Of a DNA stretch of 64,000 bases, positions 27,500-44,313 are shown piece after piece. The DNA lies in the NCBI RefSeq assembly GCF_009914755.1, contig NC_060945.1, one strand, 5' to 3'. Each line of letters starts with the position of its first letter. Positions within the stretch are counted from its first letter, which is position 1. Under the pieces are notes generated by a model that had not been told where the DNA came from, searched no databases, and was given only the letters and a program-made list of their open reading frames with translations. Position numbers and translations under genes: made by a program. This DNA comes from the human T2T-CHM13v2.0 reference genome, Homo sapiens.

Positions 27500-27790
27500 G
27501 TTTACAGACAGGGTCTTGCTCTGTAGCCCAGACTGAAATGCAGTGGTATGATCATAGCTCACTGCAGCCTTGAACTTCTAGGTTCACGAAATCCTCCTGC
27601 CTCAGCCTCCTGAGTAGCTGAGAGTGCAGGCACATGCCACCATGCCCAGCTAATTTTTTTAAACTTTTTGTAGAGATGGTTGCCTATGTTGCCTAGGCTG
27701 GTCTTGAACTCCTGGCCTCAAGTTGAACTCCCGGGTTCCTTAGCTTTCCAAAATGCTGAGGTAACAGGTGTAAGCCACTGCACCCAGCTT
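27500..27790 (-). mobile_element. AluJ
   Basis: agacagggtcttgctctgtagccc...ccactgcacccagc. Confidence 0.88.
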
Positions 27791-28379
27791 CTGGCTCTTA
27801 AGTGAAGCAGCCAGGACCCTCCTGAGACCCCTGTGGATCTGAGAGTGGGGATTGGCTGGGACATGTGTACATGTACCCACACACATGCACACAGAGGCAG
27901 ACACGCTAGAGGTGAGTCTCTTAGGAGAAAGTTCACTAGCTTTCCCCCTGTGCTAAGAACGGCCTTTGCTCTAACACTCATCCTGTCTGCTGGGCAGCAA
28001 GCACAGTGGAGGAGATTTCCGTGAGCTGATGATGACTTTATTACCTTACAGGGAAAGGCAGGATCCTGGTTTCAAAATCTCAGAAGTGTTCCTGGACTCT
28101 GTGCTTCCTCCCCCACCTCTGAAGCTGCTGGGTCTCCTCCCATCGGGGCAGGCCCACTGGGGCTCCGCGAGTCATCTTAGTGGAAGCCCTGGGCTCCTAA
28201 GCTTTCTTCTTCCCAAGTGTGTCCCAGCTTCAGCGCTGATTCTTCCCTACTGCCTGGTGTCTGAGCCTCTGTCTTGACAGGCTGCCTCAGCTCCTGCCCA
28301 TCCTGCTTTCATCCCCAGGACTGAGCTCTGATTGCTGGTGTCCAACCCACAGAGAGGCTGTGCCACAGCTCGCCCGGTG

Positions 28380-29070
<691 letters not shown>

Positions 29071-31181
29071 CTGCCTGCCTGGATTTTGTCTGTCACCTCC
29101 TGGCTACTATGTCCTGCCCTCCCTCTAGCGGCTGGGATACTTCCATGACTTTGTGCTAGACCTGAGCACAGGCTGCTGGTTCAGCTCATCACCCATCTTC
29201 TGATGATGTCCCGATCCCAGTGCTGGCGGCTGGATCTGCCTCCCACCCAGGAGGTGGTTCAGACTCTAGATCATGGCTTCTCCCAGCCAGCTGCATGCTG
29301 CACTCCAGATTGTCCCCAGCCTAGAGGTCATTGGATGCATCCCTCACCCAAAGCACAGATACTCTCTAGTCTTCCTGGGAGTCCTGAAAAGTGTCCCGGA
29401 AGAGAGCTCCCTGCCGCATCAGGACCCGCCATGGGCTACCCTTCTTCTTGTGAGGACACTTGGCTTATTTATTCTCCGTTTTCTTCTCTGTCGTGTCCAC
29501 ATGTTTGTTTTTGTTCAGCTGGGGCCACAGTTACCTATTCCTTCATGTAGCTGCTTGTTACACATTCAAAAGGTAAATAATGTTCCTTTTCAGCCTTCTC
29601 CAAGCTAAACAGCAGCTTGTTGCTCAGGATCTCAGGTGTGGCGTGTTGTCTAGAAGAGCCCCTGAACATTGTCTGGTTAGCCAGTTTCCTTCTCCAAATA
29701 CAACACTTGGATGAAACAGTCCAGCTACGACCCACATGCACAGAATACAGGGCACGGCCTTTTCCTTTGAACGTGTTCTGCTGCTGTCTTAGCCCACTCT
29801 GCACTCTGTTCATCCAACAGAATTTTCTGGAAAATCAGCGACCCACGCGGTGTCACAGGCATGCTGGGTGGCCCTGGAGGGAAGCATCTGTGGTGTCTGT
29901 GTGGGCGCTGTGGCTGGGCTGTGTAGGGGAGAGCACCCTCTAGGCAGAGATCACTCCTGCAGAGGAGTGAGCCCGGGAGTGCAGCGCCCGCAGGTGGCTG
30001 AGCACAACCGTTGGCGCAGCTGCGGGAGAGGGGCCTGCAAGCCTGCACCTGTCTCATTTTGTTTTCTGTGTCTGGTTTATCTGCTTTGAGATGACCTTCC
30101 AGTCCTGAAAACTGCACTGATCACACTGCCTTGGGCCTCTCCCCAGAGGAAACCACCTGTGCTTACTAGTCTAACAATCTTAGCAGTTTGGAAATTCGAA
30201 ATTTAAAAATGGTGTTGAAATATGCACTCAAAAAAGCAAAACAAAACCAAACCCCAAGGCTAACCAGAAACATCGCGTTCTATCCCCATGGCTCCCTCTG
30301 CTGAAGCGCTGGGCCTCCAAGCAATAGCACACGCTGCCTTGGCGCAGCATAGCCGGTGCATGGGTCGGGGACAGCTGCGCTCCTGAGAAAGGAAGGATGA
30401 TCTCTAGGTGCTGGAAGTCAAGCTGAGGTCCAGAACTGCACCCCGGGTGGGGCCCATTGTCAGGCCCTTCAGACTTGACATTCCCTTCTCTTCCTTTCCT
30501 TTTTCCTCCTTTCCTCATTTCCCCTTCACTTCCTTCCTTCTTTCCTCCCTGTCTCTCTCCCTCCTTCCCTCCTTCTCTTACTTCTTAGGACTGTCCCTAT
30601 TAGCACATATTTAAATGCACTGGGCACATACCCCAGTACCCATCCTACTCAGGGCCTGTGGTTATCCCTGCATCGTAGCAATCTGGGTAAGCAAACTGCT
30701 GAATAAGTTCTGATCTATGCTATATTTAGGGAGCAAACTCTAAAAGCCCTGGCCATGGGTTGCCAATGAAAAGACAGAGAGCCACCCCCCAGGCCTCTGG
30801 TGACCCAGGAGGAGATCAATGCCTTTTCCTTGGAAATCGTGCCACTCATGTCAAACAAGAGAAGTAAGATATTGTTGCCAATCAACCAGAAAGATATCTC
30901 CACGGACTTTCTGTCACTGGGAACCTTGACTGGCCCAGCAGGCACATCCGTGATGATAGAACAGGTTTGGGGACTTTTTCCCAGTATTACGGGGCCAGGC
31001 CTTGATCCAGCAGGAATACGTTGCATGCTTGCTGGGCATCGGCTACTATTCCCAGTGCTGGTGATATGGAAATCAACAAAACAGACAGAGCTTTACCCCT
31101 GAAGGTTTCAATGTAATTGCAGGAGCGTGCTCAAATCCAGTTGTGTCTCACAAAGGGAATGAGGCGCTTTTGTTTTTTCAG

Positions 31182-31298
31182 GTTCACGTTGGGCATGCTG
31201 GCTCACAAGGTGCTTGATTAGCTGCTTTGACATAAACGTTCAAGGACGTTTGTTGGTTAAGTTAAGACCTAAACCAACAGCAAATACAACTTGCCCTG
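31182..31298 (+). CDS. FAM3B: FAM3B alternative cassette exon (117 nt, +39 aa SRWACWLTRCLISCFDINVQGRLLVKLRPKPTANTTCPG)
   Basis: Acceptor cttttgttttttcag|, donor CTG|gtaagc, phase 1-1, no stop in the FAM3B frame; gives a 274-aa product, consistent with my recollection of an annotated longer isoform. Confidence 0.75.
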
Positions 31299-31516
31299 GT
31301 AAGCATTCCTGTCTTGTTTGTATTCTCTGATACTGTCTACTTCAAAGGTCCTGACACCGCCTCCCACCCTGGGAGCCTCCTCCCAGGAGCACAGTGCCTA
31401 TAGCGCAGTCCCCTGACACTGGGCCGGGATGAAAAGCCACAGGGGGGATGGGGAGGGCCAAGGGCCAGGGCCGCCACCAAGTCGTTCACAGCAGCTGCTT
31501 GGTGTCCTCTCTGCAG

Positions 31517-31660
31517 GCCTGCTCAAGGTGGTGTTCGTGGTCTTCGCCTCCTTGTGTGCCTGGTATTCGGGGTACCTGCTCGCAGAGCTCATTCCAGATG
31601 CACCCCTGTCCAGTGCTGCCTATAGCATCCGCAGCATCGGGGAGAGGCCTGTCCTCAAAG
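31517..31660 (+). CDS. FAM3B: FAM3B coding exon 2 (signal/membrane anchor LLKVVFVVFASLCAWYSGYLLAELIPDAPLSSAAYSIRSIGERPVLK)
   Basis: tcctctctgcag| ... AAAG|gtgagt; 144 nt, phase 1-1; hydrophobic segment seen in ORF 31429..32058. Confidence 0.96.
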
Positions 31661-32449
31661 GTGAGTGCCGTGCTTGGGGCAGACGGCTGCCTTCATGGCT
31701 TGTGTGCAGAGGGAGGAGTGGTGGTTTCTGTCCCAGCTGGAGGCTGGGGGGCCCTGACGGCTTTATATCAGGAAGGAGGAGGAGAGAAGCATTTTGCAGT
31801 TACTCATTTAGGTCCCACGCCATTCCAAGGCACGTGCCGCTGCTGACCCCATGTGAGACTAGAACAGTGTGGCTTCTGGTTACCAGCACAAACCTGCAGC
31901 CAGACCTTGAACTGTGCTCTTTCCGCCCAGATCTTGGCTTCCTCCCCTGGGAAGCACAGGAGGGTCCAGGTTCTGAGATCCCGAATCATTTTAAGGTTTC
32001 TGTCGGACTGAAGAGCTGTTGGAAAATCTTCTGTAAAGTCTTGGGAAGCAAAAGCTAGTAATTGAGTAGATGTGAAAGAAAGGGCAGACATTGTATGTCG
32101 GTGAACACACGCCCTCAACCATCAGCTTAGGAAAGGCCCAGCTCTCTGTAGGGCGGCTGCTTTCTGTCCTTCCCCACAATCAAGGTGGGTTTTCTGAGAG
32201 CCTGCTGTGTGCTGGGCATGTCCAGGAGCTAAGGAGAGACGGAGGACAAGCCCACGAGGTCCCTGCCCCTTTGGCACTGATACCCTAGTGAGGGGAGGTG
32301 ACAGCTTAACGCATGAACAAATGAGATTCGAGAGAGGATGGGTGGGGAAAGCCTCTGAGAAGGAGGTGACAATTGAGAAGCATCTCAGTGAAGCAAGGGA
32401 GTGGGCCATGCTGGGTTCTGAGGGCTGTGTGCCAGTTTGGGAGCATCAT

Positions 32450-32765
32450 GACTTAGTCTACCCAGATTACTGTAAGAGAACACCATAGACTGGGGGCCTT
32501 ATAAACAACGCATTTATTTCTGACAGTGTTGGAGGCTGGGAAGTTCAAGATCAAGGTACCCGCAGATTTCATGTCTGGTGGAGACCTGCATTCTGCTTCA
32601 TGGATGGCTCCTTCTGGCAAACGAGGTCTCTGAAGCTCCTTTTATAAGGGCACTACTCCCATTCCTGAAGGCTTCATCTGCCAAAGGCCCCACCTCCTAA
32701 CACCAGCACTCTGGGGATTAGGTTCCAACATATGAATTTCAGGGGGACACATTCAGTCCACAGCA
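32450..32765 (-). mobile_element. MLT1/MST MaLR LTR
   Basis: ggaggctgggaagttcaagatcaaggt...ggacacattcagtccacagca. Confidence 0.75.
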
Positions 32766-33355
32766 CATGAGTTGCAAACTGGGGGCCCAGAGACAGACCT
32801 GTCAGAGACAAGATTTGTCTAAAAGCAAAACACATAAAATATGGACAAGTATTTCAAAATCAAGAGATCTCCCATAAAACTCCATGTTAGAGCATCTCTT
32901 GAAACAGTAGAAGCTCTGATACCCCAGGCCCTCATTCCTGCAAGGCCATGATCAGCCACAGCTGGGCAGGCTGTGGTTACACAAGGGCGAGAGTATGGCC
33001 AGGACCAAAGGGATTCATCCAGTGGCCAGTAAAGTCACAGGAACAGGGAAGAAACAAGGAAAACGAGGTCCTTGTGCTTTATACATAGATTATCTGTAAG
33101 TCACACTGATCACTATGTTCTTTACTTCCTGGTTTCAATCTTATTTTACAATACACATTCTGGGACAGACTGAATTATCGCCGAAGGAAATGCCTACTGT
33201 GAAAGTCCATTTATTTATTAATTCAGCAGGTATATTTAGTAACAGCATCCCTCTCTGGGCCGTGGTCTGAGTGCACGTGTTTTAAGGTTCATCCTTTACT
33301 TCTAAGAACCTCAGAGTCTACTAGAGAAGAACTTAAAAGCCAAATCATAATGTTA

Positions 33356-33997
<642 letters not shown>

Positions 33998-36900
33998 TCA
34001 GGATCTTATTTCATGACTCAATATTTCTAGTGACTTTGCATGGATCTCCTACCCTCTGGAATAATCTTCCTCATTTATAGGAGTTAAAATGAGATCATAG
34101 TTCCCAAATCAGGAAGTATTTTTAAAAGACAGATTCCTGGACCCCACTCTGGGAAATTCAAAGCTCCCTAGGTCCAGGGTGGAAGCCAAGAACCTGTATT
34201 TATTTTAATTTGTTTTAAAACTTGGCTTCATACAGAGCCAAATTTGATCATCCTGGAACTAAACGGTCACTATGGTTTCTTTTAAATCTAAGGTTCTTTG
34301 TGATTTGTATCTAAATTTCATAAAACCTCCTCTCCACCCTTCCAAGTCCCAGTCTACATATTCCTGTGGTTACAGCATATGTGGGGAAAGCCACCAGGAG
34401 AGTCCGGACGCAAGGCTGTGCGAGCTCTATAGCTGGGTTCTCATTGCTGTCGCTACTTTCAGAGCTGGGTGAAGCAGCTATTGTATTATAAACCAGGAGC
34501 TGCTCGTGAGGATGAGGAACCAGGTGGATTTTCCTCAGCAAGAGAATAATTTCTCAGACTGAAACTGATAGCAGAAGGCTGACTGCATCCTAGGGAATGG
34601 TGTTGCTGCTGGAGGCTTTCAGTCTTAAACAAACCAGCTTTTCATGAGGCATAAGAAACAGGAGACTAAATAGAAGGTCCGCCGTTCTCCCTGGCTAGGA
34701 CACTGGCTTCTACGTAAGCCACATGAACTTTACCTTTTGATTGTTTGGGGGAAGGAATTTCAGGAAAAGCACTGAAGACCTAGATGTGGTTCTCCAGGCA
34801 GGGTTTGGAAAGAGCTGTGTTTTCCCAGGAGCTGTGTCCACCCTCCAATCCCACACTGAGTTAGGAACATGGTCTTCTTTCTTCATTCACGTGGTGACAC
34901 ATTGTGCTTCTGGGAAACGGATGGGGGACTCAGAAAGCTACTGACTCTTTTTTTAAATGACACATGGGTTCCCTGCCCACTCCCAGGCCCTGTGAGGAAA
35001 CACAAATGCCCATCTGTGTGTCACCCATAGTCACTAAAGCCACATACTCCCTGGAGGATATGAGGCACATCAAACACCTCCCTTCTGGAAAGCCCTCCTG
35101 CGCATGTCCACACGAAACAGGACTCTCACTTTGCAGAGCGCCAGGGGCTGCAAGTCTAGAAGCTGGGGAGGAGGCCATGCTCATGGCTGACGGGCTGCCA
35201 GGCCCTGGCGTGGGGACCTGCTCGTTCTGCTGCCGATCCCGTAGGGGAAGTCCCTGGGGAGAGCATCCCTATGGGACCCCCACAATGGCCCCGCTGGAGA
35301 CGCCAGCACCAGCCCTTTGGGTGAGTGTCCTGGGTCCAAGGGTGGGAGTGCTGGGCAGGCCTGTGTAGTAGGCCTGTGTACCCTGAGCCCCAGCCCCTGA
35401 GGCAGGAGGAGGAACAGGAACAAGTTAGGCTAGAACCCAGCCCACTGTTCTGCACCTGGGGCCCTTTTCACCCAAGCTCCTCGTTTCCCTTCACCTAAGT
35501 TTAGCAGCTGCTGCCTCTGCCTTGGGAACCTGTCATGGGATTGAGGCCAGGCCTGGTGCCCTTTGATCATTGCGAAGGCTCCCAGTGCCTGTTGGTGCCA
35601 GAGCCACGGAAAGCCAGAAAACAAAGAATGAGGATGTCAGGTGGGAGGAAGGCCCGGGTGCCCTGTGGCCCTTCAGCCTCCCAGGGTGCTCTTAAAAGAA
35701 ATATTTAATGCATCTGAAATAAACTTTACCTGGAAAACATTTACTGCTAGTTTTAGAATGAAAAATGTATTTTTAGGTCAAAACTGTTATTCGATATGTT
35801 TGCAGTCACAGCCCTTAGCTAAATCACAAACCACGGATTCTTTTATAAATCTTTCCACCATTTCTGGAAAGAAGTACTCCTTGGCTTTGTTATTCTCTCC
35901 TCCCTTATTAATTAAAGGTTTAACTTTGAATTTAGGCTTAACTTCTCTGTGCTTCCTGTATTGCTTTTGAGGCTTATTGACCAGAACGTGTGACTTGCAC
36001 AGGAGCCAGAATCATCCCAAAGGTTAGTAGAGGTTGGAGAAATATGAGGACCAGATATTTATACCAGTTTAGTTGCAAAGAGACCCTGCCTTATTCACCT
36101 TGCATTCCCATTTCCATTTGTCTTAAGATATTTTTTAATTTCCTTTTGATTTCTTCTCTGACCCATTGGTTGTTCGGGAACATGTTGTTAAATGTCTGCA
36201 TATTTGTAGATTTCCTGAAATTACTCTTGTGATTAATTTCTAGTTTCATACCCTCATGGTGGGGATCTTCTCTTTGCCTCGTTTGTGGAGTCTTCAGACC
36301 ATTTGCTCACTTGTAATAGTTCAGCTGGCTTTACCACAAAGTAAAACTACCTTTTCTATCTTCCCTTGCTACCTCTTGTGCTAAGCTGCTGCCATACTGT
36401 TGTCCTAATGACCACACCCTCCAGGATGCAGAGGTGGTTTTATCTTTTAGGAGCCATCAGGGCCGTGGATGTGGCATGCCATCCACCTCTGTGAGTAAGT
36501 GCACCACACCTGTCAGCATGCACAGTGGGTCCGTATAGAGGCGCGAGTCCTCTTCACCCTCCAGCTGAGAGGATTCTGTATCTAGTTTACTCCGTGCAGC
36601 ATCCTGATGATGACAAGAGGAGCTGGAAGTGTTTCTGAGACACAATTCATAAGTTTCTGACAGCAGGGCCTGGTTAAACGAACCATGGAGCTGTCTTGCT
36701 GAGAACAGCACTGCCCACGGGAAAGTGGACAGGTCTGTGCGCTTGTGAAGGGAACAGGTCACGTACACTAAAGGGGAGCGCGGGCTCCAGGGAGGATTCC
36801 TGAGTATTCCCACTCATGTATTCTCTCTGAATTGAGTACCCATACACAGGGTGTCTGCAAAGTTGGAAACCAGGACACACCTACTTTTAAACTGTTAGTT

Positions 36901-37117
36901 ACATTTTCAAATGCTATATTCAACGTGTTTTCAGGCGAATACCTAGGTAATGAGTATAATTATTAAATTGAAAAAAGGTACTAAAGACAGAGTGTCCAAA
37001 AATCTAGAAACACTGGAAAAAATAGTCCATTTATAGCACGTTTTCATATGAGCAATTGGACGTTTGCTTTAAATTTGGGTATCTGGAGACTGACCAAAAA
37101 AAAAAACATTAAGTTAA

Positions 37118-37288
<171 letters not shown>

Positions 37289-37761
37289 TAAGAAGAATAA
37301 ATTAAAACAGGGAGTGGGGCTAGGTGGTATTGGGGTGAGCTGGAGTGTTGAGATGAGACGGGGCAGTCAAGGAGGAAGGTCTGAAGGAGGGGAGCCAGCC
37401 TGCAGGGTTGGTGTGAGCACTCCCAGGAGAGCTCTGTGTTTTCACCTACTGGGGACGGAGGACTGTGGTCACCAAAAAAACCCAGACCACGTCCAGCTCG
37501 GCCCTGGCAGCTTGCTCTGATGTCGCAGCACTTCTGTGTGCCCAGTTTTCTCCAGCAGGCCCTTCCAGCACCAGTGCTGTTCACCCTGGTCATGATAGCT
37601 TTTATCTTTAATTAATTCGTTGACAGCATGTGTTGATATACGTATACGTTGTGGAATGGCTGAATCAAGCCACTTAACATGCATCACCTCACATATTTAG
37701 CATTTTTATGCGATGAAAACACTTAAAATCTACTCTCATGGTGATTTTCGTGTATACAATA

Positions 37762-39073
<1,312 letters not shown>

Positions 39074-40559
39074 TATATTGTTATTAACTGTAGTCACCAT
39101 GATGTGCAATGGATCTCTTGAACTTATTCCTCCTGTGTAGCTGAAACTTTGTACATTTTGACCAACATCTTCCCAAACCCCTGAACCTCTGGCCACTGGT
39201 AAGTACCATTCTCCTCTCACCATCCTGCTCTTTGCTTCTATGAGTTCAACTTGTTTACATTCCACATGTGGGTGAGAACACGTGGTAGTTGTCTTTCTGT
39301 GGGTGCGTTATTTCTGTTAGCATACTGTCCTCCATGTTCATCTACATTGTCACAAATGACAAGATTTCCTTCTCTTTTAGGCTGAATAGTATTCTATTGT
39401 GCACTCTGTTATACCACATTTTCCTTATTCATTCATTCATCGATGGGCACATAGATTGATTCTGTATTTGGCTATTGTGAATAATGCTGCAGTGAACCTG
39501 GGAGTGCAGATCTCTCTTTGACATACTGATTTCATATCCTTTGGATATATGCTCAGATGTGAGATTGCTTTATCATATATTCTACTTTCAATTATTTGAG
39601 GAATCTCCATACTGTTTTTCCATAATGGTTATACTAACCTACATTCCACCAATAGCATATAGGGTTTTCTTTGCTCCACATCTTCACCAACACTCATTAT
39701 CTTTCCTGTTATTAGTAATAGCCATTCTAACAGGTGTGAGCTGATATCTCCTCATGCGTTTGCATTGCCCTGATTATTAGTAATATTGAACATGTTTTCA
39801 TATACGTTTTAGTTATTTGTATGTCTTCTTTGGAAAAATCTTTATTCAAGTTCTTTATCCATTTTTCAATCATGTTTTTTATTTGTTTTCTTGTTATTGG
39901 TTCTTTGGGTTCCTTGTATGTTTTGGATATTAATCACTTATCAGATTTACACTTTGCAAATATTTTCTCCCATTTTGTAGGTTGTCTCTTCACTCCGCTG
40001 ATTGTTTCCTCTGCTGTGCAGAAGCTTTTTGGCTTGATGTAATTCCCTTTGCCTGTTTTTGCTTGTGTTGCCTGTGCTTTTAGGGCATATTCCCCAAATC
40101 ATTGCCCAAACCAACATCATGGAGCTTTTCCCTTATATTTTATCTAGTAATTTCATGGTTTCAGGTTTTATGGTTAAGTCATTAATTTATTTTGAGTTGA
40201 CTTTTTATGTGGTGTGAGATGAGGATCTAATTTCATTCTTCTGCATATGGATATCCAGTTTTCCCAATACCATTTATTGAAGAGACTGTCCTTTCTCCAT
40301 CAACTTGAGTTGATGTTATGAAGTTAACTGTGAGCTTTTCATATGTGGTCTTTATTGTGTTAAGGAACATTCCTTTATCATGAAAGGATTTCAATTTTGT
40401 CAAATTCTTTTCTTGCTTCTGTTTTCTGTCTAAACCATATGACATTATCATACAGTTTTTGTCCTTCATTCTGTTGATGTGGTAATCACATTATTGATTT
40501 GTGTATGTTGAATCATACTTGCATCTGTCCTTGCAAGGACAGATCCCACTTGGTCATGG

Positions 40560-40970
40560 CAATTTCGTTTGGATATTTGGCCCTGCCCAAATCTCATTTG
40601 GAATTGTAATTCCCAGTGCTGGAGGTGGAGCCTGGAGGGAGGTATTTGGATGATGAGGGTGCATGCCTCATGGCTTGGTGCTGCCTTCACGATAGTGAGT
40701 TCTTGTGAGATCTGGTCATTTAAAAGTGTGTGGCATCTCCCCCTGCCGCTCTATCTCACTTGCTCCTGTTTTCACCATGTGACATGCCTGCTCCCCTTCA
40801 CCTTCCACCATGATTGTGATTGTAAGCTTCCTGAGGCCTCCCTAGAAGTTAAGCAGATGCCAGTACCAAGCTTTCTTTAAAGCCTGCAGGACCATGAGCC
40901 AATTAAACCTCTTTATAAATTACTCAATCTTAGATATTTCTTTATAGCAATGCAAGAATGGACTAATACA
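40560..40970 (+). mobile_element. MST (MaLR) solo LTR
   Basis: Ends gactaataca; 5-bp TSD CATGG. Confidence 0.88.
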
Positions 40971-41854
40971 CATGGTGAATGATTTTTTTAATAGCTTGTT
41001 GAATTCAGTTTGCTAGTATTAATATTTTGTTGAGGAATTTGGCATCTACGTTCATCCGGGATATTGACCTACACTTTTATTTTCTTGTAGTGCCCTTGTC
41101 TGGCTTTGGTATCAGGGTAATGCTGGCCTCATAAAGTGAGTTTGGAAGCATTCCCTCCTCTTCAATTTTTTGGAAGAGTTTGAAATTGATTGGTATTAGT
41201 TCTTTAATTGGTTGGTAAAATTCAGCCATGAAGCCATCTGGTCCTGGGATTTTTTTTGATGAGAGACTTTTTATTACTGACTTCGTCTCCTCACATTTAT
41301 TGGTCTGTTCCTTTTTTCGGTGTATAATTGTCCACAATAGTCTCTTACGATACTTCAGTGTGTCTGTGGTATCAGCGGTGATATCTGCTCTTTCATTACT
41401 GATTTTATTTGAGTCTTCTCTTTCTTTTTTTCTCAGTCTAGCTAAGAGTTTGTCAATTTTATCTCTTTTCAAAAAAACCAAGTCTGTTTTTTTGGCCTTT
41501 TCTATTGTTTTTCTAGTCTCCATTTCATATACTTCTATTATGATTGTTGTCATTTTTTTCATTCTGCTAACTTTGGGCTTAGTTTGTTCTTCATTTTCTA
41601 TTTTCTTGATGTATAACCTTAGGTTGTTTATGTGAGACCTTTTTTTAATGTACGCATTTATTACCATAAACTCCTCTGTTAGAACTGTTTTGCTGTATGT
41701 CGTAAGTTTTGATATGTTGTGTTTCTGGTTTTTTTTTTTTTTGTCTCAAGATAGTTTTTAATCTCCCTTTTAATTTCTTCTTTGATCCATTGGCCGTTCA
41801 GAAGCCAGTGTTGTTTGATTTCTACATATTTTTGAATTTTCTGAAATTACTTTT

Positions 41855-44313
41855 TGATATGGCTTGAATCTGTGTCCTCACCAAATCTCATGTTGAATTG
41901 TAATCCTCAATGCTGGAGATGGGGCCTGGTGAAATGTGATTGGATCATGGGAGTGGATTTCTTATGAATGGTTTAGCACCATCTTCTTGGTGCTGTTCTC
42001 ATGATAATGAGTGAGTTCTCATGAGATCTTGTTGTTCAAAAATGTGTGGTACCTCCCTCTTCTCTCTCTTGTTTCTGCTCTGGCCATGTGATATGCCTGC
42101 TACCCCTTTGGCTTCTGCCATGATTGTAAGTTTCCTGGGGCCTCCCCAGAAGCTGAGAAGATGCCAGCATTATACTTCTTGTACAGCCTGTGGAATCGTG
42201 AGACAATTAAAACCCTTTTCTTTCTAAATTACCCAGTCTCAGATATTTCTTTCTGGCAGTGCAAGAATGGACTAATACAGAACATTGGTACATAGGAGTG
42301 GAGCATTGCTATAAAGATATATGAAAATAAGGAAGCAGCTTTGGAACTGGGTAACAGGCAGAGGTTGGAGAGTTTGGAGGCTCAGAAGACAAGAAGATGA
42401 GGGAAAGTTTGGAACTTCCTAGAGACTAGTTGAATGTTTGTGACCAAAATGCTGATAATGAGATGGATGGTGAAGGCCAGGTTGATGAAGTCTCAGATGG
42501 AAATGAGGAACTTATTGGGAAATGGAGCAAAGGTCACTTTTATTATACCTTAGCAAAGAGCTTGGCTGCATTGTGCCCCTGACCTAGGGATCTGTGGAAC
42601 TCTGACCTTGACAGTGATCATTTAGGGTATCTGATGGAATAAATTTCTAAGCAGCAAAGCATTTAAGATATGGCCTGGCTGCTTCTAATAACCTGCGCTT
42701 ATAAGTGTGAGCAAAGAAATGACCTAAAGTTGGAAATTATATTTAAAGGGGAAGCAGAGCATAAAAGTTTGGAAAATGTGCAGCCTGGCCATGTGGTAGA
42801 AAAGAAAAGCCTGTTTTCACAGGAGGAATTCAAGCAGGCTGCAGAAATTTGCATAAGTAAAAAGAAGCCAAGTGCTATTAGCCAAGACAATGGGAAAAAG
42901 TCTCCAAAGGCATTTCAAAGACCTTTGCAGCTGCCCCTCTTGTCACACAGGCCCAGAGGGTTAAGAATACAGAATGGTTTCATGGGTCAGCCCCAGGGCC
43001 CCACTAACCTGTTCAGCTTCTAGACACTGTTCCCTGCATCTCAGCAGCTCTAGTTTCAGCCATGGCTCAAAGGGGCCCAGGTATAGCTCAAGCTGCTGCT
43101 TCAGAGGGTGCAGGCCATAAGCCTGGGGGGTATTCACATGATATTAAGCCTGCAGGTGCACAGAATGCAAGAGTTAATGCTTGGGAGGCTCCACCTAGAT
43201 TTCAGAGACTATATGGGAAATCCTGAGTGCTCAAGCAGAAGCTGCTGCTGGGGCAGAACCTCTACTAGAACAGTGCAAAGGGGAAATGTGGGGTTTGAGC
43301 CTTCACACTAGTCCCCACTGGAGCACTGCCTAGTGGAGCTGTGGGAAGAGGGCCACCATCCTCCAGACCCCAGAGGGGCAGATCCTGGCAGCTTGCACCC
43401 TCAGCATGGAAAAGCCACAGAAACTTAATGCCAGTTTGTGAGAGCAGCCTCAGGGACTGAGCCTTGCAAAGCCACTGGGGTGGAACCAGCTGCCCAAGGC
43501 CTTGAGAGTCCACCCCTCACACCAGTGTATGCTGGATGTGAGACATGGAGTCAAAGGAGATTGTTTTGGAGCTTTTAAGATTTGATAACTGCCCTGCTGG
43601 GTTTTGGACTCGTGTGGGGCCTGTAGCCTCTTTCTTTTGGCTGATTTTTTGCCTTTTAAAGTGGAAATATTTTACCCACTGCTTGTACCTCCATTGTGTC
43701 TTGGAAGTAAATAACTTCTTTTTGATTTTACAGGCTTGTAGGTGGAAGAGATTTGCCTTGTCCCAGATGAGACTTGGGACTTTGGACTTTTGAGTTAATG
43801 CTGGAGTGATTTTGGACTTTGGGGGACTATTGGGAAGGCATCATTGTATTTTGCAATGTGAGAAGGACAAGATATTTGGGGGACCAGGGGCAAAATGATG
43901 TGATTTGCATTTGTGTCCCCAGCAAAATCTCATGTCAAATTTTGCTCCCTGTTGTTGGAGGTGGGGCATGGTGGGAGGTGTTTGGATCACGGGAGTGGAT
44001 TCCTCACGAGTGGTTTAGCACCATCCCCCTGAGGCAGTGCTCATAACAGTGAATTTTCATGAGACGTGGTTGTTTAAAAGTGTGTGGCGCCTCCTTCCCA
44101 CCCTCACTCTCTATTGCTCCTGCTCTGGCCATGCTCCCGCTTTGCCTTCCACCATGATTGTAAGTTTCCTGAGGCCTCCCCAGAAGCTCAGCAGATGCTA
44201 GCACCATGCTTCCTTTACAGCCTGCAGAACCATGAGCCAATTAAATCTCTTTTCTTTATAAATGACCCAGTCTCAGGTATTTCTTTATAGCAATGGGATA
44301 GCGGCCTAATATA
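41855..44313 (+). mobile_element. Full-structure MST MaLR element: LTR 41855-42279, internal 42280-43895, LTR 43896-44313
   Basis: Two direct LTRs around a MaLR internal region; TSD ctttt/cttct. Confidence 0.9.
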
